From an uncultured Methanosarcinales archaeon (GTDB taxonomy: Archaea > Nanobdellota > Nanobdellia > Woesearchaeales > GW2011-AR9), in the NCBI GenBank assembly GCA_964362365.1, contig CAYIEF010000003.1, forward strand, positions 79 to 64,078: a stretch of 64,000 nucleotides of DNA, read 5' to 3'. Positions 9,416-19,440 of the stretch are shown piece after piece. The translations under genes were made by a program, and so were the position numbers. Under the pieces are notes generated by a model. The model did no database searches and was not told the DNA's origin. It saw only the letters and a list, made by a program, of their open reading frames with translations. Each line of letters begins with the position of its first letter. Positions within the stretch are counted from its first letter, which is position 1.

Positions 9416-9762
9416 GCTTGCTCCTCTTCCTTCAGAATAACCATAATTTCTTTTTTTAATTTAGGGAGATCTTTCTTAACAATTTCCCAAACTATATCTA
9501 AATCTACACTGAAATAAGCGTGGATCATAACATCTCGAGACCCAGCAATTTTCTTCCATTCCACTTCTGGGTGTTTAGCCTTGAGTTCTTTTGGAATATT
9601 TTTTACCGCTTCACCTATAATTTCAATTCTTCTGACTGTCGCATCTTTTACGTCTTTATTTTCCTTAAATTCTTCTTTGGATAAACCATTAACAGAATCT
9701 TCAATATCATGAACGGCATCCAGGATATGTTTCAGGTAGGGAATATTCGCATAACGAGTCAT
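9412..9762 (-). CDS. hepT: HepT-like HEPN toxin (DUF86)
   Basis: Rx4HxY motif RDVMIHAY. 4-nt overlap with the upstream MntA gene. Confidence 0.75.
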   Translation of the reverse strand: MTRYANIPYLKHILDAVHDIEDSVNGLSKEEFKENKDVKDATVRRIEIIGEAVKNIPKELKAKHPEVEWKKIAGSRDVMIHAYFSVDLDIVWEIVKKDLPKLKKEIMVILKEEEQA

Positions 9763-10052
9763 AATATTTTAATCTCATCAGCAAGGATGTATTTCTTTAA
9801 ATAAGGATGAATTGATTTATACGTCAATAAATCAACTTTTTTTCCTAATTTTTCCTCTAATTCCAGTTTTATTCCAACAAATTCAAGGCCGGTTCCTTTT
9901 GGCGGCTGGATAAGGATATCAATATCGCTTCGTTTCTTCGCTTCTCCTCTGGCATAACTCCCAAAGATGCTTGCTTTCAGTACCCCATTTTTTTTAAGAA
10001 TAGGTACCACTACTTTGGTAATTTGTTGTAACTTTTTATCTTTTATTTTCAT
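9759..10052 (-). CDS. mntA: MntA-like minimal nucleotidyltransferase antitoxin
   Basis: Motif [18 protein letters not shown]. Confidence 0.8.
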   Translation of the reverse strand: MKIKDKKLQQITKVVVPILKKNGVLKASIFGSYARGEAKKRSDIDILIQPPKGTGLEFVGIKLELEEKLGKKVDLLTYKSIHPYLKKYILADEIKIL

Positions 10053-10099
10053 TTGTTTTTAGGAAGGCGAAAATACTATTTAAAAGTATCTTCTGCCAC

Positions 10100-10410
10100 A
10101 GATCAAGTCAAAGGTTTTCATTGTTTATCTTTGTGAACGTATACCATTCCAATGTATTGTATATCTAAAGGTGTTCCCTTATAATTGTCCTTGAGAACTT
10201 CATTCTTTATTTTTGCTAAAAGATCTTTCTCAATTGGGTCTGGGCTTCAAGGAAGAGGCTGAAGCCTTACTGCGATATGGATTTTTCCTTCCAACAAACT
10301 AATCCCGCAAGCCATGCTGTAGCCTAACTCTTCTACTTCCGGTCGCTTTTCGTTCATGAAATCCATCTTTAGCTTACTAAAATATAGTTTATTCAAAGAC
10401 ATTTGCACCA
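10100..10410 (-). pseudogene. possible frameshifted small ORF
   Basis: Two adjacent minus-strand reading frames: MSLNKLYFSKLKMDFMNEKRPEVEELGYSMACGISLLEGKIHIAVRLQPLP, then SPDPIEKDLLAKIKNEVLKDNYKGTPLDIQYIGMVYVHKDKQ. Confidence 0.15.
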
Positions 10411-10511
10411 TACCTCCTTTTTATTCTAAGTAAGAATTGATGTTATTTAAAATAATCGGTTTACAAAAGAAAAACAACATTTAAATTGATATTCCTATTT
10501 TTTGACTATTC

Positions 10512-11390
10512 TCATTTTTCTTTCAATCGTTTTCTTTTTTGTGCTTCTGGTTCCTGTAAATAATTTTCTGGAGTAACCACTCTATCGCTGGATTCAAGCT
10601 CAAGCTTTCTCCTTGCATCGCCGGCTATTCTCCCGCCTTTTCTGGCAGCAATCTTATTCTCAGAGAATCCTAAAGCATTTCTGCTTCGTGCTATCTTTGT
10701 AGTAGATGCTTCACCAAGTAAAGTAAAGATAAGCTCAAGGTCAGTCATATGATCTCTAAGATTCTCTTTCTTAAGACCTTTGAAATCTTTGTATTCATCA
10801 ACTGTTTTACCGAATGCGGCTTTACTAATTTCATTTGTCAGAATAGCATATTCTTTTTCTTCTTTAACATCCCTCTTTTTCCATTCATCGGTCAATTCTT
10901 GCCTTATAGCAATTCCTCTAACACGTTTCTCAATCCAATCATCTGAATACCCTTTTGTTTTATATAGTTCTTTCATTCTGGCTTGTGCAAGTTCTGGATT
11001 TTGTATTTCCTCTACTCGCTCATACCCAACTTGAGCCAGCCATTGCTTAAAGGGCTCTGCTTTAGGCGATGGTATAGACTGAATGATTCTAAACATATTC
11101 TTGGTATTCGCGCAATCGGTAGCATAATATTTGCCATCCGCGGAGGGTAATTTCAGTTGTAAACAAAGTGTTAACAACTGATTCTCTCTTCCTTTTAAAA
11201 CTCCCCAATACTGTCTCGGGCTATGACTATCAGTTAAAGCTTCGATAACATCTACAACTGAAAAGCACCACTCGTTATTATACCAAATTCTTCTTATTTT
11301 TTTGTCTTGAAAAACCACCAAAGCATTATGCTCATCCATTTTCATCACCCATTCAAGCCCCGACTGCTTCATATTATAAAAATCTTTCAT
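10512..11390 (-). CDS. Bro-N domain protein, DinD (DNA-damage-inducible protein D)-like
   Basis: N-terminal Bro-N-like region (IRRIWYNNEWCFSVVDVIEALT). C-terminal region TLLGEASTTKIARSRNALGFSENKIAARKGGRIAGDARRKLE typical of DinD-like proteins. Confidence 0.5.
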   Translation of the reverse strand: MKDFYNMKQSGLEWVMKMDEHNALVVFQDKKIRRIWYNNEWCFSVVDVIEALTDSHSPRQYWGVLKGRENQLLTLCLQLKLPSADGKYYATDCANTKNMFRIIQSIPSPKAEPFKQWLAQVGYERVEEIQNPELAQARMKELYKTKGYSDDWIEKRVRGIAIRQELTDEWKKRDVKEEKEYAILTNEISKAAFGKTVDEYKDFKGLKKENLRDHMTDLELIFTLLGEASTTKIARSRNALGFSENKIAARKGGRIAGDARRKLELESSDRVVTPENYLQEPEAQKRKRLKEK

Positions 11391-11461
11391 TAAAAAGCTT
11401 GGTTGTTTGTAAGTTTAAACTTTTACAAAAAGTTTAAATATCCAGCTTCGAAATAGAATAC

Positions 11462-12382
11462 ATGAAACGCAAATTAGTCCAGCAAGGAACAACAACGCTA
11501 ATGGTTTCCCTGCCTAGGACTTGGACTAAACGATTTAATCTTAGAAAAGGTCAAGAGGTGGATATTACTGACGCAAAAGATCATCTGATCATAGCTTCTT
11601 CTGAACGAAAACACAAGAAAGAAATAACTCTCTCTTTCAAAACGCATACTGAATCAGCAATACGACTTACTCTTATCAATGCATATCGTGCCGGATACGA
11701 CACTTTAACCATAAAAAATATTGACAAAGAACAACTTACCATCATCAGAGACGTTCTGCAAAACTACCTTCTGGGGATGGAGATAACCCATCAAGAAAAA
11801 GGAACGTGCGTAATAGAAAGTATCACCGAGCCGCACGAAGAGAAATTTGATATCGTCTTCCAAAAAATTTTTAGCGGCATTGCCACTATGATCCAAGGCA
11901 CAGCAGCGAGAATAGAAAATAATATGCCTTTTACAGAATATGAATTCACCATGCTGAACATCCACAAATATGACAATTTCTGCCGAAGAATGATGACGAA
12001 GCAGAATATTTACTCAGATAAAGCAATCTTCTTCTGGAATTTCTTAAGTTTGGTCATTCATGCGCCACGGGAATTATATCATCTCAATAAATATCTAGAT
12101 AAGCAGAAACTGAAATTATCAGGAAAAGAAAGCGTGTTATGCGTGCAATATTTATCTTCACTGCAAGAATTATTCTCTTTGCTTCGCCATGCCTATCAGG
12201 AGAAAGATCTATCTGCAATAGAAAAAGTGCATGAAAAATCAAGAAAACTCTTGTTCACATATTTGTACAACGAAATGAAAAAGAATAACAGTAATCCTAT
12301 TGTAGTGCACCATATCAGTATAGCTTTGAGAAATCTTTATCTTTCTACTAGTCCTTTGATTGGATTGATGCTGGAAACATAG
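11462..12382 (+). CDS. AbrB/SpoVT-type DNA-binding domain fused to a PhoU-like helical domain (predicted regulator)
   Basis: N-terminal MKRKLVQQGTTTLMVSLPRTWTKRFNLRKGQEVDI, a swapped-hairpin AbrB-like region. The long helical C-terminus resembles archaeal PhoU-like regulators. Confidence 0.45.
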   Translation: MKRKLVQQGTTTLMVSLPRTWTKRFNLRKGQEVDITDAKDHLIIASSERKHKKEITLSFKTHTESAIRLTLINAYRAGYDTLTIKNIDKEQLTIIRDVLQNYLLGMEITHQEKGTCVIESITEPHEEKFDIVFQKIFSGIATMIQGTAARIENNMPFTEYEFTMLNIHKYDNFCRRMMTKQNIYSDKAIFFWNFLSLVIHAPRELYHLNKYLDKQKLKLSGKESVLCVQYLSSLQELFSLLRHAYQEKDLSAIEKVHEKSRKLLFTYLYNEMKKNNSNPIVVHHISIALRNLYLSTSPLIGLMLET

Positions 12383-12419
12383 AAAATAATTGAATCTACC
12401 AATCTGCATGGAACATTTA

Positions 12420-13280
12420 TAAGTAAGTCCATTTTATATTATCTCCATTCTGGCTTTTGGCTAGTATCTTTTCTCCGCGCAGAGTACGGCAGGTCTGGAG
12501 CTTTTTGATGTTGAGCGGAAGACCTGCTGGTGAATGCGCTTAAAATCCGAAGGATTTTCAAACTCTAAGAATACTCTTTTTCTCACAGGTTAAAGCTTTA
12601 AGAAAGCAGTAAGCAAACCAAAATCAATAGTACCTTTGGGGCACTATTCGTATAGCGCTAAAGGTCTGAGACAACCCGTCGAACCGATATGATTTGCTTA
12701 CAGCAATTTACTTCTTTATAGCTTTAGCTATAAAATAGTTTCTAAAAAAAAGGTGATTCTTATGACAAGACAAAAAGATACTAGAAATAATTGGATAACA
12801 TTCATGTTTGTGTGTAAATATCGATATAACTGTCTGCGTAAGCAGTCAGTTATGAATGACTGCGAAGCAGCATTTAGAGAGTTTGAAAACTGCGGGTTCA
12901 AGTTTGGTCCGATTGGCTTTGGAGGAAACCACACTCATTTTAGGGTGGATGTTCCAAAGCAATATTCAATCGAGGTTGCCGAAATAATGTTAAAATCAAG
13001 ATCATCGAAAAGAATTTTCGAGAAACATCCCAACTTCCGCAAGCGCTATCCGCACGGAAGTTTCTGATCGGGATATGAACATCACGAATCGACGGGAAGA
13101 AAAGATATAGCTGCAGCTGATAAGTATATCCTCAGTCAAGAAGAACATCATGCAGTGCAGGTAATCCGTGATGTTCAAAAGAAAATTTTTTCTTTTGCCG
13201 CCGACGAAGATACTGCTACTCCCGCAGGAGTCGCAGAGTAAGGAGGCGGAAGGGGATTATAAGGGGTCGCAACCCCTTAT
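12420..13280 (+). mobile_element. IS200/IS605-family (IS200-like) element remnant carrying a Y1 transposase gene with an internal stop
   Basis: The tnpA ORF is flanked by a GC-rich structured left region (12470-12540, including GCGCAGAGTACGGCAGGTCT...AGACCTGCTGGTGAATGCGC) and a perfect right-end hairpin ATAAGGGGTCGCAACCCCTTAT (13258-13280). No TnpB gene is present. Confidence 0.5.
12753..13241 (+). pseudogene. tnpA: IS200-like TnpA (HUH/Y1 transposase) with an in-frame TGA at the conserved Trp codon
   Basis: WITFMFVCKYRYNCL and GNHTHFRVDVP (HxH motif) ...SSKRIFEKHPNFRKRYPHGSF, then TGA at 13065-13067, then SGYEHHESTG in the same frame. The family consensus here is F-W-x-R/G-Y. Confidence 0.65.
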
Positions 13281-13888
13281 TTCATTTCTTGGTATAGTGC
13301 TGCATTTTGGAAGTCAATAATCTTTGCCAGATCTAGTTGGCGTCCAACCAAAATATTTGAAGGCTTAATATCTCGATGGAGCATTTTTCTATCCACGTGA
13401 AGATACCTTAAGGCATCAGAAACTTGTGAGAATATGGCCCTAAAGAAATTATTGGTTAAAATAGGCCCCTGCACTCTAACCTTATCTTCCAAAGAAACAG
13501 CATCAAAGTGTTCTTCAATCACTACAAATCTTTTTTCATCTTCTAAGAGATCATGAATTTGGATTATATTTGGGTGCTGTAAGGCATTAAGTGTTTCCAG
13601 CTCGCGCACATTCAAATCGCCTTTAGAGCAGTTAATCCGATGTTGAACAGAATCCTTCTCTTTTTCATGATTTACTTTAGCGACGAGTTTTTTACGCAAA
13701 GGGCCTTTGATATACATCACTTCATAAACTTCTCTGAAGTATCCTTCTCCCAACTTTCGGCCTAGAATGTAGTGATGACTTTTCAGAAAATCACGCAGAT
13801 CAACATTGTTCTTTGGCATATATATTCTAGAAGCCATCCATTTTAAAATATTTCTAAGAATATTTACTAAATTGGCCATAAGCAACAT
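13277..13888 (-). CDS. Hanks-type Ser/Thr protein kinase, C-terminally truncated (ends just after the DFG-equivalent)
   Basis: Glycine loop GRKLGEGYFREVY, catalytic loop HRDIKPSNILV and DFQ (DFG-like) are present. The APE motif and C-lobe are absent. The stop codon lies inside the IS-end hairpin. Confidence 0.6.
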   Translation of the reverse strand: MLLMANLVNILRNILKWMASRIYMPKNNVDLRDFLKSHHYILGRKLGEGYFREVYEVMYIKGPLRKKLVAKVNHEKEKDSVQHRINCSKGDLNVRELETLNALQHPNIIQIHDLLEDEKRFVVIEEHFDAVSLEDKVRVQGPILTNNFFRAIFSQVSDALRYLHVDRKMLHRDIKPSNILVGRQLDLAKIIDFQNAALYQEMK

Positions 13889-13916
13889 TTAAATAATCTA
13901 ATTTCATTCTACTTCC

Positions 13917-14903
13917 ATGTCCAAAAAGAAGGTGTTTGTTACTCAAAAAATTCCTGAAAAAGGATTGCAACTTCTTAAAAAATATTTCCGGGTAAAAGTA
14001 TATCCTAAGGATCAAATTATCTCTAAAAAAGAGCTACTAAAAGAGATTAAAAAGTGCGACGCGCTTCTCTGTTTGTTAACCGATAAAATAGACCAAGAAA
14101 TAATAAATGCCAATTCCCATCTCAAAATAATTTCCAATTATGCCGTAGGTTTCGACAATGTGGATGTGAAAGCAGCTACAGCAAGAGGTATTCCCGTAAC
14201 TAACACCCCCGGTGTTTTAGAAAATGCGGTTGCTGAACATACTTTTGCCTTGATGCTGGCTCTTTCCAAACGTATTGTGGAAGCAGATCGTTTTACCCGC
14301 GCTGGCAAATACAAGCGCTGGGAACCTATGCTGCTGCTGGGAACTGAATTGGAAGGAAAAACGATTGGCATTATCGGATTAGGAAGAATTGGCGCAGGAG
14401 TAGCAGAACGTGCCAGAAAAGGCATGGGCATTAATGTTCTTTACCATGATATCAAGCGCAATAAACAATTCGAAAAAGAATACCAAGCCAAATATGTCTC
14501 TTTATCGGAATTACTCAAAAAGTCTGACTTTGTTTCTTTGCACGTTCCATTGCTTCCCTCAACTAGGCACTTGATAGGCAGGGAGGAATTAAAATTGATG
14601 AAAAAAACTGCTTATTTAATCAATACTTCTCGAGGTCCAGTAATCGATGAAAAAGCATTAGCTGAAGCGCTGCAGAAAAAACATATCGCCGGTGCAGGTT
14701 TGGATGTCTATGAAAATGAACCAAAGATAAATCCCTTATTGACTAAGCTTCGGAATACAGTATTAACGCCGCATACTGCTTCTGCCACAGTTGAAGCAAG
14801 AACAGCCATGTCTGAACTGGCGGCGCAGAATATCATTGATATCCTCCAGGGAAGAAAAGCAAAGTTTACGGTAAATCCGGAAGTATATGGAACAAAAAAG
14901 TAA
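13917..14903 (+). CDS. D-isomer-specific 2-hydroxyacid dehydrogenase (glyoxylate/hydroxypyruvate reductase-like)
   Basis: NAD-binding GIIGLGRIGAGVAERA. Catalytic R/E/H arrangement of the D-2-HADH family. Confidence 0.8.
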   Translation: MSKKKVFVTQKIPEKGLQLLKKYFRVKVYPKDQIISKKELLKEIKKCDALLCLLTDKIDQEIINANSHLKIISNYAVGFDNVDVKAATARGIPVTNTPGVLENAVAEHTFALMLALSKRIVEADRFTRAGKYKRWEPMLLLGTELEGKTIGIIGLGRIGAGVAERARKGMGINVLYHDIKRNKQFEKEYQAKYVSLSELLKKSDFVSLHVPLLPSTRHLIGREELKLMKKTAYLINTSRGPVIDEKALAEALQKKHIAGAGLDVYENEPKINPLLTKLRNTVLTPHTASATVEARTAMSELAAQNIIDILQGRKAKFTVNPEVYGTKK

Positions 14904-15669
14904 TCTGAGGCAGTTTACTGTATCTGCAGCCAAAAAAGCAGGAGCATTTCTGCTGCGCACTTTTAAAAAAGATGTATCTTTAGTGAAAAAAAGAGGAACG
15001 GCAAAAGAGATGCACTTGATGCAGGATCTAAAAAGTGATAAGCTTATCATTTCTGCAATTAAAAAAAAATTCCCAAGTCACAATATTCTTACCGAAGAAA
15101 GCGGTTTTATCAACAAGAAAAGCGAATATACATGGATTATAGACCCTTTGGACGGCAGCACTAATTTTGCCAGAGGAAATCCTTTCTTTGCGGTTTCCAT
15201 TGCCTTGATGAAGAAAAAAGAACTTTTGGTAGGTGTTGTTTTTGCTCCTTATTTGAAAGAATTATATGTTGCCGAAAAAGGGAAGGGTGTATATTTGAAT
15301 GGAAAAAAAATTCATGTTTCCAACAAATCAAAGCTTGCAGAAGGCTATTTAGTCAGCTGCGAAGGCGGGGATGCCACTAATAGACAGATTGCTGCGATAA
15401 ATGCGAAATTCCTTCCTCTGGTAAAAGATATGCGCAAACTTGGTTCGGCAGCTTTAGAATCATCATCGGTTGCGGCGGGAAGAAGTGAGGCATACATTGT
15501 TCGTAAGATTTCTTCCTGGGATGTGGCTGCGGGAGTATTATTTGTGGAAGAAGCTGGAGGCAAAGTGACTGATTTTGAAGGGAAGCCGTGGAACGGCAGA
15601 AAATCTAACTTGGTGTTTTCGAATGGGAAAGTGCATCAGAAGGTACTGAAAAAATTATCTTCTCTTTAA
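14887..15669 (+). CDS. suhB: inositol monophosphatase family protein (archaeal IMPase/FBPase)
   Basis: WIIDPLDGSTNF metal-binding motif. WDVAAG motif. Confidence 0.8.
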   Translation: MEQKSNLRQFTVSAAKKAGAFLLRTFKKDVSLVKKRGTAKEMHLMQDLKSDKLIISAIKKKFPSHNILTEESGFINKKSEYTWIIDPLDGSTNFARGNPFFAVSIALMKKKELLVGVVFAPYLKELYVAEKGKGVYLNGKKIHVSNKSKLAEGYLVSCEGGDATNRQIAAINAKFLPLVKDMRKLGSAALESSSVAAGRSEAYIVRKISSWDVAAGVLFVEEAGGKVTDFEGKPWNGRKSNLVFSNGKVHQKVLKKLSSL

Positions 15670-16326
15670 TCCATCAATCTTCACAGGAATATCACACAAA
15701 TTACTAAACCTGAAATCCGCTTCCAGATCTTCTTTCAATTTTTCGTACATATGTTTCTTTCCTAACAAAATGGTCTTTACTTTCACTTTCCTGTTGGCAA
15801 TCACGTCAGAATGAGCATCCCCAATATATAGCGCTTCCTGAGGTTTCAAATGGTGTTTCTTCAATATATGCCTCAGATTCTCCACTTTCGGTTTGGGGCC
15901 GCCCAGAATTTCATCAAAATACTGTCCTACGCCGCAATGGTCTGCTATTTTCTTGACTTCTCTTTTATCTTCTAATGATAATAAAAATAGAAACTCAACT
16001 TGTTTCTTCAATTCTTTAAGGACATTTGTGCATTGAAACATAGGACAAGATTGCATGCTTTTTTGGTAATGCTGCCCAAAATGGCCCTTCACCATTTTCA
16101 GTTCTTTTGCCGTTGGTTTTCTCTTTATAAACTGTTTAAACAACGCTTTTACTTTCTCCTCCCGATTCAGCGCTTTTCCACTTAATCTCTGGTAGGCAGC
16201 TTTAACCTCGTTTTTGATTTTGAATCTCTCACGGAATACTTTCTCCATTTCTTTCGCTTTCTGCTCTTCAGACATGATCAAGGTGCCGTCAAAATCGAAA
16301 CCCACTGCTCTGATTTTAGATTTCAT
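15655..16326 (-). CDS. HAD superfamily hydrolase
   Basis: Motif I (VGFDFDGTL). Motif IV (GDAHSDV). Confidence 0.7.
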   Translation of the reverse strand: MKSKIRAVGFDFDGTLIMSEEQKAKEMEKVFRERFKIKNEVKAAYQRLSGKALNREEKVKALFKQFIKRKPTAKELKMVKGHFGQHYQKSMQSCPMFQCTNVLKELKKQVEFLFLLSLEDKREVKKIADHCGVGQYFDEILGGPKPKVENLRHILKKHHLKPQEALYIGDAHSDVIANRKVKVKTILLGKKHMYEKLKEDLEADFRFSNLCDIPVKIDGLKRR

Positions 16327-16365
16327 GCATAACTAAAAATAAGAAGATAAAAAAAAGAAGAATGC

Positions 16366-16548
16366 TTACTTCTTTGCGCCCATGATCCTAAACATGGTAG
16401 TTCCGCACTTAGGGCATTTTCCTTTCATAGCTCTTCGTACTACGCCGCCTTTCCCTTTCATGGAAACTTCTTTACCATCGGCCATCTGGCGCTTTGCCTT
16501 ACATTTCACACAATATCCTTCTACGCTTGCTCCTGCCATTATAAACAC
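16366..16548 (-). CDS. small zinc-ribbon protein (DUF5679-like)
   Basis: CVKCKAK...CPKCGT four-Cys ribbon. Short basic protein adjacent to the valS gene. Confidence 0.5.
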   Translation of the reverse strand: MFIMAGASVEGYCVKCKAKRQMADGKEVSMKGKGGVVRRAMKGKCPKCGTTMFRIMGAKK

Positions 16549-16651
16549 CTCAGTATTTTATTAGAACGTTATTTTCACGCCCTTTATGCTTATTGAGCTT
16601 ATTTGTATTATAAACATTTCGATAGAATAAGCTGAAAATAAGAGAAAATAG

Positions 16652-19147
16652 CTATTTTACTAAACCTATTTTGATGTTGAATTTATCACTCTCTAATGAT
16701 GTCTTGCCTGCAAAAACAATCTCTTTTACATTCAAAACTGCTTTCAGATCAGCCTCCATGCTCTTGATCATTTGATGGAATTCCAGATCATCATCGCCTA
16801 AAATTAGTCTGGTAAATCCCTCTTTCATAGAAAGCTGCTGTTCTGATTTGTATTTGCGGACGGTGTTGATAATGTCCACTCCCATGTCGCCAACTAGCTC
16901 TGCTTTCTCATCAACTAACTTCTGATTGAATTCTGGCCAGGGGGAAATATGGATGCTTTTTTTCTTTTCTCGTTCTGCAAAATACAAGTGGTAAATCTCT
17001 TCCGTAATATGCGGCATGATCGGCGCGCTCATTTTCAAGATGGATAAAAAACTCTGATAGAGCGCATACTGCGCGCTTTTTCTTTCTTCATGTCCGTGTG
17101 CACCAGGATTATATAGCCGATCTTTGACAATTTCCAGATAATTATCACAAAAGGTATGCCAGAAGAATTGTTCCACTTCTGCTTTGGTTTTTGCATATTC
17201 GTAATTTTCAAAGGATTCGGTGCTTTCCTTGATCACTTTATGCAATTTGCTTAACAGCCATTTGTCAAAAACTTCAGACGGCTTCGGCTTCATTTTTGCA
17301 GCATGATCATAATCTTCCAAATGCAGCAATGCAAACTTGGAAGCATTCCATAATTTTGTGACAAACTTCTGACCGGTAAGCAGATCCTTGTCTTGGAACG
17401 GCAAATCATCACCTAACTTCGATCCCGCCGCCCAGAAGCGTAATGCATCAGCAGAATATTTTTTGATCATCTCCTGCGGCTCGACAATATTTCCTAATGA
17501 TTTAGACATCTTCCGCCCGTGCGGATCCTGCGCGTGTCCTGATATCATGACCCGTTTCCAAGGAACACGGCCATGATGATAATAACTCTTGACAGCGGTA
17601 TAAAACAACCAGGTCCTGATGATATCGTGAGCTTGAGGGCGCAGATCAAATTTCCTATCATCGTATTTGTAATCGTATTCTCCTTTGCTTACCCAATTGC
17701 TGGCAATCTCCGGGGTGACAGAAGAAGTTGCCCAAGTGTCCAGGACATCGGTTTCTCCTTTGAATGGTGTTGAACCGCAGGAACAGGCCTTCTTTGGCTT
17801 TTGGGTAGTTGGATCTACTGGCAAATCTTTGACTTCTGGGAGCATATAACTTTTACACTTGACACAGCTCCAGATAGGGATAGGAATACCAAAGTGCCGT
17901 TGCCGGGAAATACACCAGTCCCAATTCAAGTTCTGCACCCAGTGATCATAGCGTACTTTCATATGCTGGGGATACCAGGTAATGTCGTTGGCTAACTCCA
18001 GCAGTTCTTCCTTTTTATCGAGAATCTTAATATACCACTGTGTTGTTTTCAGAAATTCTATTTCTGTCTTACAACGTTCATGCACATTTACGTCGTGCAT
18101 TATTTCTTTTTGCTTGAGCAATAATCCTTTTTCCTTCAATTTGTCAAGGATTGCCTGCCGAGCTTCCTTGATCTTTAATCCTTTGAATTCTCCGGCTAAT
18201 TCGTTCATCCTGCCGTTCTTTTCAAAGACTGCCCGAAGAGGCAACCTGTATCTAAACCATTTATCTACGTCTTCCTTGTCACCAAAGGTACAGACCATCA
18301 TTAAGCCTGTTCCTTTGTCTTTCTGTACTGCTTCGTCAGCAAGAATAGGGATTTCATAATTGAAGATCGGCACTCGTGCAGCTTTTCCTTTTAACTGCTG
18401 ATACCGCTCATCAGCCGGATTGTAAAACAAAGCTACACAGGCGGGAATTAATTCTGGTCTGGTGGTGGAAATAACTAACTGTTTCCCGCCGGAAGAGAAG
18501 GCAATATCATTGAAATGCGATTTCATCTCTACGGATTCAAATTCTGCTTGGGCAATCGCAGTGTGGCATAATACACAATAGGCTCCAGGCGCTTCTTGTT
18601 GGTAGATGCGTCCTTTCTTGAACAGATCGATGAATGAAGCTTGCGAAGTGATCTGGCAGTGTCGATTGATAGTTGAGTACGAACGTTTGAAGTCAGCAGA
18701 CATGCCGATATCTTTCCAGCTCTGGATGAATTTCGGTTTTTCTTCCTCAATTACCTGATTACAGATCTTGACAAACTCTTCCCGGCTCATCTTGGAGGAA
18801 AGAATGTTCTTTTTCTTCTCCACTAACTTCTCGGTGGGCAAGCCATTATCATCAGTCCCAAAAGGGAAGAAGACATTTTTCCCTTTCATGCGCTGGTAGC
18901 GGACCACGATATCCTGCTGAGTATAGCTGAAAGCATGTCCCATGTGCATTTTTCCAGAAACAGTTGGTGGGGGCGTATCTACGGCATAGGTTTCCTTCTT
19001 TTGATCGGGATGGTAGACAAAAACTTCCTTTTCTTCCCAATACTTCTGCCAGCGCGGTTCAGCTTCTTTTGGGTCGTAGTTTCCTAAAAAACCTTTAGGT
19101 TTTTGGGACATCAAAGGTTCCACATTTGCTTGTTTAGGCAACTCCAT
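16652..19147 (-). CDS. valS: valyl-tRNA synthetase
   Basis: HIGH region PPPTVSGKMHMGHAFSYTQQDIVVRYQRMKG (ValRS-type PPPxxTG..HMGHA..RYQRM). WCISRQRHFGIPIP motif. KMSKS motif (KMSKSLGN). Confidence 0.8.
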   Translation of the reverse strand: MELPKQANVEPLMSQKPKGFLGNYDPKEAEPRWQKYWEEKEVFVYHPDQKKETYAVDTPPPTVSGKMHMGHAFSYTQQDIVVRYQRMKGKNVFFPFGTDDNGLPTEKLVEKKKNILSSKMSREEFVKICNQVIEEEKPKFIQSWKDIGMSADFKRSYSTINRHCQITSQASFIDLFKKGRIYQQEAPGAYCVLCHTAIAQAEFESVEMKSHFNDIAFSSGGKQLVISTTRPELIPACVALFYNPADERYQQLKGKAARVPIFNYEIPILADEAVQKDKGTGLMMVCTFGDKEDVDKWFRYRLPLRAVFEKNGRMNELAGEFKGLKIKEARQAILDKLKEKGLLLKQKEIMHDVNVHERCKTEIEFLKTTQWYIKILDKKEELLELANDITWYPQHMKVRYDHWVQNLNWDWCISRQRHFGIPIPIWSCVKCKSYMLPEVKDLPVDPTTQKPKKACSCGSTPFKGETDVLDTWATSSVTPEIASNWVSKGEYDYKYDDRKFDLRPQAHDIIRTWLFYTAVKSYYHHGRVPWKRVMISGHAQDPHGRKMSKSLGNIVEPQEMIKKYSADALRFWAAGSKLGDDLPFQDKDLLTGQKFVTKLWNASKFALLHLEDYDHAAKMKPKPSEVFDKWLLSKLHKVIKESTESFENYEYAKTKAEVEQFFWHTFCDNYLEIVKDRLYNPGAHGHEERKSAQYALYQSFLSILKMSAPIMPHITEEIYHLYFAEREKKKSIHISPWPEFNQKLVDEKAELVGDMGVDIINTVRKYKSEQQLSMKEGFTRLILGDDDLEFHQMIKSMEADLKAVLNVKEIVFAGKTSLESDKFNIKIGLVK

Positions 19148-19247
19148 TCTTAGCTAAAGGAGAGAGGATATTTAAAAAGTTAATGACAGGAAACGGTATT
19201 TTCAACAACTAAAAAAATTTAAAGAGAAAGCTAAAAAGGAAAATCGT

Positions 19248-19319
19248 GAGGTCGTAGTGTAAAAGGTATCATCCTTGGTTGGTGACCTTGAGATCCGGGT
19301 TCGATTCCCGGCGGTCCCA
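19248..19319 (+). tRNA. tRNA-like gene, possibly tRNA-Thr(GGU), with imperfect stems
   Basis: Canonical T-arm CCGGG-TTCGATT-CCCGG. U8 and A9 present. D-loop carries GG. Anticodon loop TTGGTGA gives anticodon GGU. The acceptor stem (GAGGTCG/CGGTCCC) has one mismatch and two GU pairs. The anticodon stem has two T-T mismatches. Confidence 0.4.
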
Positions 19320-19440
19320 CATCCCATTTAAAATTGAATGTTTTTATATATTTTTCTGTAGTTAATTGTAGATATATCCAATTGCCGTTCACAAACCTAA
19401 ATAACACCATTTATATATCAGCTCTCTTTTCATAATAGAA

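Noticed and set aside
12383-12720. Short minus-strand peptide containing IDFGLL, which could have been the missing kinase C-lobe on the far side of the IS
   Set aside because: Only 17 codons between stops, with no further kinase subdomains. Coincidental.
12728-12934. 68-aa minus-strand ORF
   Set aside because: Antisense to the IS200-like tnpA. No independent support.
13065-13067. Possible UGA-as-sense (Trp/Gly) genetic code, suggested by TGA at the conserved Trp of TnpA and the in-frame TGA in the RT
   Set aside because: TGA cleanly terminates housekeeping genes in this window (transketolase N subunit with ATGA overlap, VKOR, psmA, the HD gene). A global recoding is therefore not supported. 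The two in-frame TGAs are kept only as a gene-specific curiosity.
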